A stretch of 64,000 nucleotides of DNA from Dissostichus eleginoides. Lineage: Eukaryota. This document shows, piece by piece, positions 1-12,793 of the stretch. Positions within the stretch are counted from its first letter, which is position 1; each line of letters starts with the position of its first letter. A program made the position numbers and the translations under genes. The DNA lies in the NCBI GenBank assembly GCA_031216635.1, contig CM062274.1, forward strand, positions 26,420,913 through 26,484,912. The letters run 5' to 3'. Below the pieces are notes generated by a model. That model ran no database searches and was not told the DNA's origin. It saw nothing but the letters and a program-made list of their open reading frames with translations.

Positions 1-3000
1 TTTGAACTCCACTCTCCATGTTGTATGTATTTTTTGTGCATATGATCACCCTGAAAATGTCAACTGAAAGTAACACATCGTTATCTGGTTTTATGTAATT
101 CCCATTAGTTCAATTTTTTTTTTTTCCAGAGCATGTTACACACCTTGGTGTAATGTTTTCTTATCACCTCGGTTGCAATTTCCAAACAATACACTGTATC
201 TTTTAAATCAGTAAGGGATTGCTGCCCTCTTTGGCCAATATTGACCTTGGAGTTTGATATTAATACCACATCAGTGCTGTCTATGGACCTAATAGGGCCG
301 AGTCTGATGATGAATGAGCACTCAGTACTGACCTATAAGGGGTACGACACAATGGAGACTAAAAAAAGGAAACTAACATTTCAGCTCCCTTACCAACATA
401 GCTTTAGGTGCTTTCCCACCTAACCTGTTTCCCAAAGTAAGCTTACATTTTATTGCATTTGTCAATTCGATACCAGTGGGTGATTTTAGCGTCAATTTAA
501 CAATTCAATACTATTAATATGAAGTAGGATCATTGTTTCCAGACTGTGCTGTTGTTTGGGATGTTGGGATAGATTTAAATATATGACATTTTTAGTTTGT
601 GTTTTTCTTAAATCATTTTAGACATTCAATGTGTAGGGTGAGACACACCATTTGTATTTGTTTGCACTTTGTAGGGTGAAATTTGAATGTTTAAAAGTTG
701 TACTGACCAATTTACCCCTAAACAAGCAATACAAAATGTAAACTCAGAAAGCAAAACGGTTTGATTGTGGGATCTCAAGCATTGATTGTTCTTCATGCAT
801 TGCGTGAAAATGACTTTAACAAAGGTGTGTTCAGCTTGCGTTGTGTCCTTCTCCATGTCCCACCCTTTTTAACGACACACACCTATTTTTATCCGGCTTT
901 AACCCGTACGTCATTATTCACGACATATGAGGTCCAGTTGCAATCTTGATAATAAATAATTTCTAAAGTGAGCTCTTTGGGACAACCGGAGGAAATAAAT
1001 AAAACCAAACAGCGGAGTAAAGTGCTGGATAAGAATAGATAGGGTAGCAGCGAGATTGCATCCATCAAAACTATTAAACAAACTGTCAGTCCATCCTTGT
1101 GTTCATTCATTTGTGATAAGTTACTCTAAATAATTGATAACACATGATTAAGTGCGTCTTATAATTGTGCTCTTATATATTTATTATAAGCTTCAGAAAA
1201 CCTGTCGAAAAAAGGGTGTACACTTTCAAAGTCATCATATTTTGGGGGCACCTGAACTAAACCTGAAATAACTCTGAGCAAGAATGTGTTTTTATGAAAG
1301 AGGAGGGATAAGCCTGTGAGTGTCTGCAAGGACTTCAGTTGGACAGAAAGCAAAATAAATGAAAGTGCCTTAATGTGTGTTACAGTGAAAAACAGGCCGA
1401 ATCGATTCGGCTGAAGTGAAACGCCAGGCGGTTTCACACCAAACCACTGGGTTATTCTTCAGGGTCTGTTTATACTGTTTGAGCCGTGAAAGAACAAAAA
1501 CAACTTGGTCCGGAGTGCCGCTTTTATTCAGCCCGAGTTAGGAGGATAGATGAACTAAATATCTTGTGGCAATCAATGAGTATCGATCAATCCCCTGAAA
1601 TGCTTTTATTTCAGGCATGCTATGGACCAAAGTGAAAAGTGGTTTGTAGTTAATGGAGAGAAAGTGTAGAAATAGGATACTGTGCTCTATGAAGCTGCTT
1701 TGTTTTCCTAATGACCTCTCTGAAATGTCAATGCTGTTTTGGTTAATGAAACAGGAAATAAAAGAGGACATTCTTCAAAGGCTCACGGTTGAGGCTCAAA
1801 TCTATTTTTCAAAACAAACCCATTTTCCGAAATGTAATTCAACAAAATATTCCCCTATCAAATATCCTTTAGTATTTTGTTTTCTTTGCGCAGAGACCAA
1901 CAGCCAGATGTCTTGAATTTAAACAGTTATATTGTATTATACAGTCGATTTCATTTATTGTAGTACAATCTGCACATTTGTACTTTAACGTCTTATTTTT
2001 AACGTCTTATTTTTTTCTTTCTATGTTTAGAAATATATTTGATTTGATTTTATTCTATCTTTTGTTTTACATTCATGCTTTAACTTTTCTTCTTTTTATT
2101 ATTGCAACTATCAACATTTTCCCGGGATAAATAAAGTATTCGGATTCAGATCAAGACAATATTAACATTTAGCAACATTTCTTAATTTATTTTCCCTCTG
2201 TATGGTGAAAATAATCCGTAATATGGGCGGCATTATGTTTTCTACAAAATGGAGAGATTTTCTATTGCAAATGAGTGGTAACTGCATGTAATGTCTTCTT
2301 TTTAAACCAAAAAGATATAGTATACAGCTCAAACAACTGTGCAAATGTATTGTATTTAATCACATTGCTCCTTTGATTGTATATGCAATCAAACCACCTC
2401 TAAAATTTGCCTCAGATTCACCTTGAGTGAAATAACCAAAGGATGGCACCTTTTAAGACGCTATTTAGTATGAATTGTGGAGAAGTTCTCTAGAAATTGG
2501 CCAGAAAAAATGACAAACAGATGAAATTAAGTAACAGCCAGTTTAGGTTTTTCTTTTATCTAAACTATATTGTTTTCGTTATTGAGCATTTGAAGTGCAT
2601 TTTTAATCTGTGATTTGGTCAATGTTTGTTGTGGTACAATATGTAATCAACACCAAGACCAAATGGTCCACTAATATAGAATTCAGGTTCAGTTATTATT
2701 TAAAAGACTGTAACATTAACACAGAAGCATTGCAAATAGAAGCTGTAGCAATGTAAATCAATCTAGCGGCTGATATATTAGATCAGTAGCGTAACCAGAG
2801 GATGGTGCATGGTGAGAGCAGCATGAAATTAGATTTCAGGAAGGCAGCACCAGTGAAAGTGTCTGGCTTCAGTCACAATCTCTGAAAGCAGAAAGAAATA
2901 TGAGGAACATTCACCTTGTAGGACATCTTTCCGAGGCTTTAGCTTTATGAGTTGTCAAGGGAAAGAAAGGAAAGACAGAAAAAACTCTTTGGACAAGGTC

Positions 3001-3825
3001 TGATCTCATCTACCTGAAAGCATGGCTTTTTTACTATCAATCAAAATACTTTATAATCCAAGGGGGAATTTACGCTTTGTGACGGTTGAACCATATTATT
3101 ATATTTTATTGAGAGATTAGAAAGTTTAGTTTAATTTTTTCAAGAAGATGAAACAAAGTAAGACATAATGAAATGGGACACCCTGTTAAGCTATCTGAAA
3201 AAATTGGTATTAAATATAAGTTACCTTTCACATTATCTTAGTTTGAAAAGTACATTTGGATTGAAAAAGGATTTTATTGACTTAAAATTGACCGTATTGC
3301 TTCTGCTCAGATAAAATACTCCAAACCACGGTTTACCAATGGCTGGAACTGCGACAACAATTGATAACCTAAAACAAATGGCAGCACTGATCGAGGTTTA
3401 CTGTAACGGTCCAAGTCTGTTCACAGTTTCTTACGCACTTTAAGTCCTTAAACAATGCCAGAATAGCCCAACTTGTTCCCGTTTGTTTTCACTTCCAGTC
3501 TGTCTTCTTCTGTTGATTTCTCTGACGTCCAACGCTCTGTCTTTTACCCTCTTTCCTTCTCTCCCTTCATCCTCCTTAGCAACGGTCATTATTTTGCTTG
3601 CAGCGGTGTGTTATCGAGTATTAACAACCTCTCAAATGTCCAAATTGACCAATTGAAATCGAGTATTCAACTAAGCCTTGTAATAAACTGAGGTAACCGA
3701 ACAACACAGAATGTGGTGCCTGTACCACAAAGTGAGATAATTGGGTTGACAAACTCTGCTTTTATAGGAGTAGATCACCATGGTTACCAGAGTATATCAC
3801 CATGGTTACCGGGGAAATATTGCAC

Positions 3826-4290
3826 AGTGGACGGGTGGCGCAGTGGTCTGTGCGTCTGATCATCAGATCAAGGGGGCGTTGGGGAACTCCAGTTCGAAAC
3901 CCGCTCCCGCCGCCACTGCGTCAGGCCGTTGTGTCCTTGGGCAAGACACTTCACCCGAATGTGCTCCTGTGGGTATTGTCCACAGTACATGTATGATATC
4001 AATGTGTACTTGTAAAAACACCTGATGACTTTGAGGTGTGAAGATGGGCGGTGTGATGCAGTGCGCTGTGCAATGATGATCAGATCAAGGGGGTGAAACC
4101 CGCCGCCGCTGCATCTGTAAAGCCGTTGTGTCCTTGGGCAAGACACTTCACCTGAACTGCTCCTGTGGGTATTGTCCACCGTAGATGACCATTACATGTA
4201 TGTATGATCTGTATGTGTAATGTGTATTTGTAAAGCGCTTTGAGAGTCATTGATAAAGTCCTATAATAAATATAAGGATTATTATTACAG
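3826..4290 (+). mobile_element. tRNA-derived SINE, dimeric (full unit + 5'-truncated unit)
   Basis: tRNA-like head ggcgcagtggtctg...agttcgaaaccc (A/B boxes). Body gggcaagacacttcacc...ctcctgtgggtattgtccac. Tail tgtaaagcgctttgag...ataataaatat. The second copy at 4075-4290 repeats the body and tail. Confidence 0.7.
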
Positions 4291-6976
4291 TTAGCCTGCT
4301 ACCAGAACAAGCTAACTTCAGAGGATGTGCTCAAAACCTGCCAACATATGGACTACTTTCTACCTAAAGGTGGATTTGGTTTGCAGTAGGTCAGTCATCC
4401 ACCCTGAAGAAAATAGACAGACATGATAAAACTCAAGGCTCCAATATTCACTAAACCACTAAAACAAAGTGAAAAGGAATTGCTTCTTCTCCGCAAAGTT
4501 GCCTTGACTTTTTTCATTTTAGTGATGGCTGCTGGAACAATGCTGTTTTAATGCTGCTTTGTCTAGAAGGTAAAAGCTGAAATCCACTCTGCAGAAGGTA
4601 AAAATAGTTTTTTTTAATGTAAACGTATTAGATATAGGTATAGAAATGTAAGATATAACTCCTCACAACATCTGACAGAGTCGTGGCTGGTTAAAATCTC
4701 CTGGAGCCTGTAACTGTAACAGAGACATACTGGATGAGATGGGCTGATTTTCCCACTTGCTCTGACTCATATTTGTACAGAGGATTACAAATAAGGGCGA
4801 AAGCACACATGGGAGCTAGGCGAGGAGCAAACTTAGTCAAACAGAATCCAATTTACTGTAACCTATAGTTTAAAAGACAGCCCAAAATGTTAAACTAGGT
4901 TAAAACATTGCAAAAAGCTCACTAGGTAAAATAAAGTGTTTTCATTTGTTTAAAGCAGAGAATAAAACAACAAATTGAAGTACCAATATATTTATTTCCT
5001 TCTAAGTTCCAAGTAAGTTTAGGCGAACCTCCCCAACACACTTTTTGAACATTAAAGCATATCAAAATGTCACAGTAGAGGCAAAAAATACAAATATAAA
5101 CCTGTAAATGAGCAGAATAGGGCCCCTTTAAGTACCGATCACTAACAATACACAGATATTTTATAGATAGTCAAATCATAATGCTGTTCAAGACACTCTA
5201 TACTGTACGTAATGGCAATTATATCTGCATTTTATTGCCATAGTCTCTCAATTCTTACATTGTTGAGGCTTCTTCTCTATGTGATTGCACCTCAGGGAAA
5301 TAAACACAGTATAACACCTTGCGTCTTTTATTAGAAAAGTAATCTGCACATTGTAAAATATAACATGATGATTATAAAAGCAACATGTCAGAAAGACCTC
5401 ATCACTTCTTTTCCTCTCCGTGTTTTGACAGTCTGAAATTACTTTTTATGTACACGTATTCATAACGAATTGTTCTTTACACATAACAGCAAAGAAATAT
5501 GCACTCCATATCAAACAAATGTATAGCCTTTGCTTTACTTTAATATGTATTAGATATATAATGTCTCTAGAGTTTTTTTACTACTATAGCTTAGTTTAAT
5601 TATAATAATTAACCTTTCAATATCAATTTTGAAGTTGATTTTTACACCACATGTATCTACAGTACGTCTAATTAAATATCATATTTAATTAATGGTGTTG
5701 AGGATATCATGTGTGTTTAACAAGTTTGCCTCTACTAGATTAACTCAACTGGATTAGAAAAAAAACTGAGAAAACAGAACCATTTAATAACCAGCTTTGT
5801 TTTACCAGTTACCTTGTTTGGGAAGTAACAGATTACATGTAATGGGATTACGTAATGAGACAAAAAAAAGGTCATTCTCTTACAGTTACATTAAGAAAAT
5901 ACGTAATTAGATAACTGTTACGTTTTCCAAAAGATGGGGATTCAAATGTTACTAAACATCTAAAAATGAGAATATTGGGTGAACCTACGGTACGGCCTGA
6001 ATACGCTTCATGGTTTCTCCCAACCATGGCACTTATTCATAACTGCCAATATTAAGCCAGATAACCAAACAAAGAGCCAGGCTATACATGGTAATGGCAC
6101 TAGGTCCGAGTTAACTGCAGAACAAAGATCAATGCAACGGAAAAAAAAGTATAACATTGTTGAAATATTTAGTTTAGTCGTATAATCGCTTTCCAGTTCT
6201 CCAATGTTAACTACAGTTATTGACAGTCTGTTAATTAATGGGACGCATATTGCCAACATTTATGAAGTGAACTGCTTTCAGACCCACAGGCGAGGCAAAC
6301 TGTATCGAGTTTTGTTTATTATGTCAGGAGCCATTAATTTGCTGCCAGCTTTATATTGAATATGTTATCAGAAACCTGGCAAGCGAGAGAGAGCGAAGAC
6401 AAAATGAGCCAATTTAATACTGTTTGGCAAGCGGAGTCAGATTTTACCGCTCGCTGGGCTTTTGTTTGACTGGAAATCTCTGAAATGAATTTGAGGGACC
6501 TCATTTTCCTGAGGTGTTTGCACCTGTACCTTAATTTTATCTACTGTGCTTTCATTAGTGCTCCATGATGCAGAACTGCAATTGGCGTGGGATAATTTTC
6601 TGTTTTCTGATAAGGAAGCTCATTGTCTGTTAACATGCTCTGAGTCCAAGGCAAACGCTTTTCAGTTATAAATGACAAACTCGATTTCAGCTCACGTAAA
6701 CATTCCTTTCAATTCAAGCTAATGGTGGATAGAGGTCACGATAATTTTATGAAATAGATGCTTAAAGGGAACCTATTATGCAAATGTTCAGGTTCATATT
6801 TATATTTTGTGTCTCTACTGTGACATGTTTACATGCTTTAATGTTCAAAAAGGTCTTTATTTGTTTCATTCTGAGGAGAAATATAAGGAATGTCCCACCT
6901 CTTAGTCTATCATGAACATTGTGTTGGAGCACTACCATGGTTACATAGTGATGTCACTATGTTACAGAGGTAAACA

Positions 6977-7033
6977 GTGTGTGTGAGTGTGTGTGTGTGT
7001 CTGTGTGTGTGTGTGTCTGTGTGTGTGTGTGTG
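6977..7033. repeat. (GT)n microsatellite, interrupted
   Basis: gtgtgtgagtgtgtgtgtgtgtctgtgtgtgtgtgtgtctgtgtgtgtgtgtg. Confidence 0.9.
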
Positions 7034-8268
7034 ATGACCGATTATGATCCTATATAGTTTTATCCAGAAAAGCATTGTGTGCCTGTTTGCAGATTCTGTG
7101 CTTTCATTCTTCAGCCAAAGGTTAAATATAGGAAGAATTGTCTGAATCAGTCCTCATCATCCATCTTGGCCGGACACTGTGTGTGTTTCCTTTAAAGTGC
7201 CAGTGAAGTGCATTTTTTTGCGCCAAAATGAAATGGCAGTTTCATTTCTTACATATAATTGTACCTGTTCATGGCTAAAATAATTTTTTAGGAAGTGCGA
7301 GGGACGAGATAAACATCGCAAATTTTTCATCCCGTGAACGGCCGTCTGAGCCTACCGCTGCTGCAGACGATAGCGGCTGTGACGTCACAAGATGGGCCCA
7401 GTTGTGATTGTAAACATGGCGGAGCCTTCGGAAAGTGATACTGGTGCGAGAGAAATGAGTGATTTTGACAGCTTTTCGGACAGGATAGATGAGGAAAGTG
7501 GCCATGGAAGTCAATTTAGTTGAGGACAATATTTTGTCATAGATCTAGAGTAGATCTACACACAGGATTGGCCATCACCTGATCATACATTCATCTGTTC
7601 ATAGCATGATGCAACATTCATGTTCACATGCAGTGTTGTGCTAGTTACTGAAAACCAGTAACTAGTTACAATTACTAGTTACTTCACTACTTACACCAAA
7701 AAGTAATGCGTTACTGTGAAAAGTAACTTTTTAGTTACTTAAAAAAGGGCACCCATTAATGCCCTTATACTGTAGCCTTCATTTCAGTACTGTTATTGCA
7801 TCGGAGAATAATACAACCTGTTGATCAACTTGACATGCATTTGCATCACTGAACTCTGCTAAGCAATGTGGTCTATACAAACACAAACACAAAGATATGT
7901 TTCAAAGTGCCAATCCAGCCGCTGTTGCTTAGGTGGAGGTGGAGTGGCGTCGGATGAGTCTGGGTCTGTGGTCTTAGCTACTAGCTTCGTCCCAGCATGT
8001 TGTTTCTGCAGATGTTTCAACAGATTTTAATTGCTGTTTTGGGCAGTCGATAGGATCTTTGACCCGCCAAGACACAACTTACATTTAACTAAAACGTTCT
8101 TTTCTTTGTGCTCGACAAAAGTGAAATAGTGAGAATATCTCCAGGCGGAGAAACTCGACTTGAGCTCTGCCGCCGCCATGATAGTCTTGTTAGTAAACAC
8201 AAACACAGTGGCCTGTATTTTTCATAAACAATCTACGAATCTACGAAACAATGACACCAGCCACTCAC

Positions 8269-8386
8269 CTTCATCTTTTGGGAACAGAAACATCGCCACT
8301 TCGGCAGAATTGACATTACCACAGCCAGCGGCAATGCATCGCTTCCCGTGTGTTTTTCCTCCCTTTTTCTTCACTGTCGCCTCCAT
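8269..8386 (-). CDS. THAP-domain first coding exon (candidate)
   Basis: Minus-strand translation MEATVKKKGGKTHGKRCIAAGCGNVNSAEVAMFLFPKDE(G) has the THAP C-x4-C...F.FPKD...EW signature (compare THAP1 CSAYGCKN...FHKFPL). It ends at a strong donor AAG|GTGAGT (+ strand ccactcac). The upstream part of ORF 8222..8683 is not conserved-looking. Downstream exons were not located. Confidence 0.4.
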
Positions 8387-8721
8387 TGTCAAGTTTCCTC
8401 GATTGGCAATCACTTCCAGTCGACTGCGAAACACTTTCCAATAAAATACTCGCTCAAAAACGTTGGTAAATTCCACTTTGAAACAGAGACAAAATGAACG
8501 GTGGTGAATGTAAACACTTCGGCTGAGCCCATCTTCTGACGTCACGCAGTAGATCGCAAGCCACGCCCACGAAGGCGGAGGTTTCCCAGCGGAAAATTCC
8601 AACTCGTCAAATTCGTTGCTATTCCAACATCTTTGATATGGGTTCCAATGGACAATTTTGGTCATTACTATACTTATTAGCATAACAGATCATGCACCGG
8701 CGCACACTTCACTGGGTCTTT

Positions 8722-9345
8722 AAGGCCTCTACACACCGGCCCGACTTTGGGAGTCAGAGGCCGTCCGAAGCCGTCAGAGGCAGTCGGGCATTCGCGTCGC
8801 ACTACTCAGGTTGGTGTGTTGTCTCTTTACGGCACATTTTCAACCCTCCCGCCTCCTCCCGCGGGAGGCCAAAGAACGGACAAATCAATAACTCTGATTG
8901 GCTGTTCAGCTTAGCTAATCAGTGCATCAGAAGTGAAGCGGAAGTGAGGGACCAAAACAAACGATAAGAAGGCACACACAGACGGCTAATCTTCCTCATT
9001 TTCATCTCACCCGGACGCAAGAGTTTCTTTTTTATCATGACAGCATGGAATGAAGAAAGTGAAGACCAACTGATCAACTGCTTATATTACTAAGTCTGTT
9101 CTTCTTCTCTCGGTGTATAAAACGCAGTCTGTCTTCCGGTTGTTGCCTCTTTTGAATGACGAATACACACTACCGCCGCCTGCTGGTAAGGAGAGTTATT
9201 GCCACTCGTCGGCTGAAGTATTTGCGGTGTGTTCGTAGGCGGGCGGCTTTATCCGACGAAGCCAACGAAGCCCGACGTAGCTGACGTAAAAGTCGGGACG
9301 CCTTCGGTACGCGTTCTTTGGTCTCAGGTTGGTGTGTAGAGACCT
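8722..9345 (+). mobile_element. Candidate TIR element (AAGG(C/T)CTCTACACACC termini) with promoter-like interior
   Basis: 5' aaggcctctacacaccggcc and 3' ggttggtgtgtagagacctt. An internal near-copy of the 3' end lies at 8806-8835. The interior has CCAAT (ctgattggctg) and CpG-rich blocks. Confidence 0.4.
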
Positions 9346-10639
9346 TTACAGCACTTGTGCGGGGGAAATGGAAATGGATGTCAACAAGGATTTAAAACTG
9401 AACCTGCAGCACTTGTTCCCAGCTTCCTTAACGACCTCTACTTCAAAACATAAAAGGTTTCCCTTTTGGTTGCAACACCTCCTCTGTCTCCTTCTCTCTG
9501 GGAGCAGTGCAAGCTAAAAAATATTAATGCTGACTGTTATGATCATTGTACTGTGCAAAGCAATCTGCTGCAGGCCTGGAGAATGCAGAAACAAACATAA
9601 GGACTGTTTGTCTTTCTATATGTCTGTATGGATCATGGCAGGATAAATCTGTTAGGGGCCCTGGGAACAAAATATGCTGCAGGGGGTGTATTGTGTGCAA
9701 ATTGTGTGTGTACACAGTTTCTGGAACAATAGTGTGTGATTATGTGATTAAACACGACTAATTGCATTACTTATGCATCATCTGGGCACAATATAAACTA
9801 ACATAATCAACGTCATTATCACGCTATCAAAACTAGACTTCGACATGGTGCTGTATCATAAAGTAACGGCCCTAAACACCTGCAGTCTCACAAAAAATAT
9901 GTGGTTCTGGTGCATTGACTTGTTGGCAAACAACGAGCTAACATGCAAGCCAAGATGCTAGCGCTAGTCCCAAAAGCTCCACATGAATATATAAATGAAT
10001 AAAGCTTTTTTGTTCTATCTTCCGTCTCTGTACCGAGCTTGAGCGGGGATAAAAGCTCAGTTAGGGAGCTCATTAGCTCAGCCATTAATGGACAATAACT
10101 TCACAAACGATGTATTTGTATCATCAAGTCCTGTCTCATAAGTGTCTAGAAATGTTCGTTTTTTCCTGGAGCAGTTTATCCTCCAACAGAGGAGGTTAGA
10201 TTAAAGTGGATGCTGCAACACAGCTAATAAACCAGAGTAATAGCTTCTTCCATTTTGGACGCTAACATCAGAGGAAGAGAGAAAGATAGCAGACAGGTGG
10301 CAGAGAACAAGGAGATGCATAAAAAGAGGAGACAGAGTAGGAGAAGAAAGGACGAGTGAGGGAGTTTGCTTAGCTTTTTAGCATTAATTGAGTCAATCTG
10401 GAGGGTAAATGTCTAATGTTTTAGATGTTGACTAGAGTTATTTGCAGGGAAATGTAAACTCATGTGTGGCTCCTAAAAAAAGGAATGTGAGAGGGATACA
10501 ATCCTCAAACTATCCATTATCTTCTGCATCTGTGGTCAGAGTATATGGTGTGAGCCACAGGAGCCAGAGCTCCTCCTACAGGCAGGTTTGGGCTCTGCAG
10601 CGCTGCATGTGGGAAATGTAAAGGCAGATGCATGTAGGC

Positions 10640-11120
10640 AGTGGTGTAAGAAGTACTCAGATATCTTACTAGTAAAATAGCAACACTCAATTGAACAATG
10701 CTCTGTTTCAAGTGAAAGTTCAGCGATCAAAGAAGTAAGCTAAAGTATTGTCATTCAAAAGTACCAGAAGTAAAAGTTATTGGTAATAAAGGACCATTTC
10801 CGAATATATCAAATTACTGAATGATGACTATTGGTGCACTAATGTGTTCATAAGATCTGCTAAATGTGGAGCTAATTTGACTGACTTCTGGATACCTTGA
10901 CCTATAATCATATGTCAAAGTGTAATTATTAGTTGATTCATGTTTTGTATTAGCTAGCAAACGGAAACTGTAAAGCAACTAAAGCTGTCAAATATATAAA
11001 TTGAGTAAAAAGTAGCATAAAATGTAAATACTGTAAAAATGATATTTAAGTACATTACTTGAGCAAGTTTACTTTATGTGAGCACTGATGGAAGAAGTAC
11101 TCAGATCCAAGACAATGCAC
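10640..11120 (+). mobile_element. hAT/Tol2-like element remnants (subterminal AAGTACTCAG / TACTTGAG motifs)
   Basis: cagtggtgtaagaagtactcagatatcttac resembles the Tol2 terminus CAGAGGTGTAAAGTACTTGAGTAA. Repeated gaagtactcag/tacttgagcaag motifs follow. Similar motifs occur at 15250-15300, 45040-45095 and 49060-49110. Confidence 0.4.
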
Positions 11121-12717
11121 ATGAGTATTGAAATATTCAAGACGTGTACAATTATAACGTAAATATGAATGATGGGGATCAAATTAAAAACAGTAAAGTG
11201 CAGCAGAACAATTTATTAATGTTAATTCTATCAATCAGCTTCACATAAGGTTGTGATGGTTCCTACATCCACAAAACACAAGTCATCATTTGCTTTGCCT
11301 GTCGGTCGTCAGGTCACTGCAGTCAACTCTGATTATCCACACGGTCCTGATGTAGCAGATTAGCTGCTTTTTTCTAAATTAATCCCTCAATTGTTGGTTA
11401 TTTATTTATTATGCTCACGCTTATTCAATGTCATAGACAAAAACTGTAGGTCCAAGGGGCTTTTAAACAAAATATTAAAGGATGAAATCCATTAATAATG
11501 GCCATAATACATAAGCATAAACTAGGCTTAGGGGGTAGCTTTTAAATTCATCTTTAAAGATATCAACACTTTCAGCTGCTCATAGACCCTCCGGCAGGCT
11601 GTTCTAATAGCTCGAAGCACAAAAACTAAAAGCTTTTGCTTTTTGGAACAACTTGTGTGAGGGGACCTGGGGGCTTGTTTCATCAAAAATGCAGCCTACA
11701 ATTTGCAACATGAGATAATACCCTCCTATTATACTGTTCAGAACAAATTCAATATTCGGGATGCATGCATGAGCATGCAAGGAAAGTGTAGTGCTTGAAA
11801 ACATTTTCCACAATTTGCGAGTGGCAATCTTTTGCAAACTGCACACCCTGGGTTACACTTTGCAGGCATGTTAGACAAATCAGCTGGTTCAAGGCTACTG
11901 TGTGTAGTGCTTTATAAACTGGTCATATTATTTCAAAGAAGCAATATAAAACTGAAAGGCAACCCCTCTGTAAAGACTTTAAAATGCTTGCTCTCCATTT
12001 GGTCTCAAACAACACTCAGCAGGCCGCACACTTCTGAATCAATTGTTACTGATTCATGACTGAAGCTCGAGTGCTACATGCCAGACAGCTAAGATATCAC
12101 AGCTGGAATATGAATGAATGTCTTGACAATGTTCCTTCAGTAAACACATCCCGAAAACTGCTGTGCAAACTCAAAGGGAAGCGTAAAGTAATGAGAAAGT
12201 AATGACTCATATCTCCATTCAGCCTTTCCTCTGAATAAAGCGGACTCACTGTGTCACTTCTAAAAGGCTACTCGTAGACAGCTTAGATGGCGAGTTAGAA
12301 AAGGGCAGAATATCAAAGCCAACATGCGATCAGCTTTCTCTAAAGTAGTTCTAAAATTAAACGCATGGAGACACGACTCAAACTGAGGTGCTGTCTGCAG
12401 CAGCTGGAAGAGTCAAGGGGAAATAGCTAAGGTATCATTAGTAAATGAACAGTTTTGATCTTTATGAAAAGAAATTCCCGCAGGCTGCAGAGAATTATTA
12501 AGGGTTGGGAAGGTTTATCTAAGAGTAAAATTATACTTGGAATACAATGATTTCAAAGCCTCCTATCCTTGTGTCTGAGAGTGATTCAGAATATTCTTTT
12601 CTTTTATCATTGATCCTCTCATCTCTCTGCAGATTTTCAGAAGCTTTGGAGGTTTCTGGTACCTGATGACGCAACCGCTGGCAGACAGAAATGGCATCTG
12701 TGAAAATCCCCACTGGG

Positions 12718-12721
<4 letters not shown>

Positions 12722-12792
<71 letters not shown>
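12722..12792. repeat. (GT)n microsatellite
   Basis: Uninterrupted gt dinucleotide run of ~35 units. Confidence 0.95.

Positions 12793-12793
<1 letters not shown>

Noticed and set aside
8387-8683. Upstream 100 codons of ORF 8222..8683 (-), before MEATVKKKGG.
   Set aside because: They are not THAP-like and are low-complexity. The ORF is open by chance. Only the segment from the Met at 8386 to the donor at 8269 looks like a real exon.
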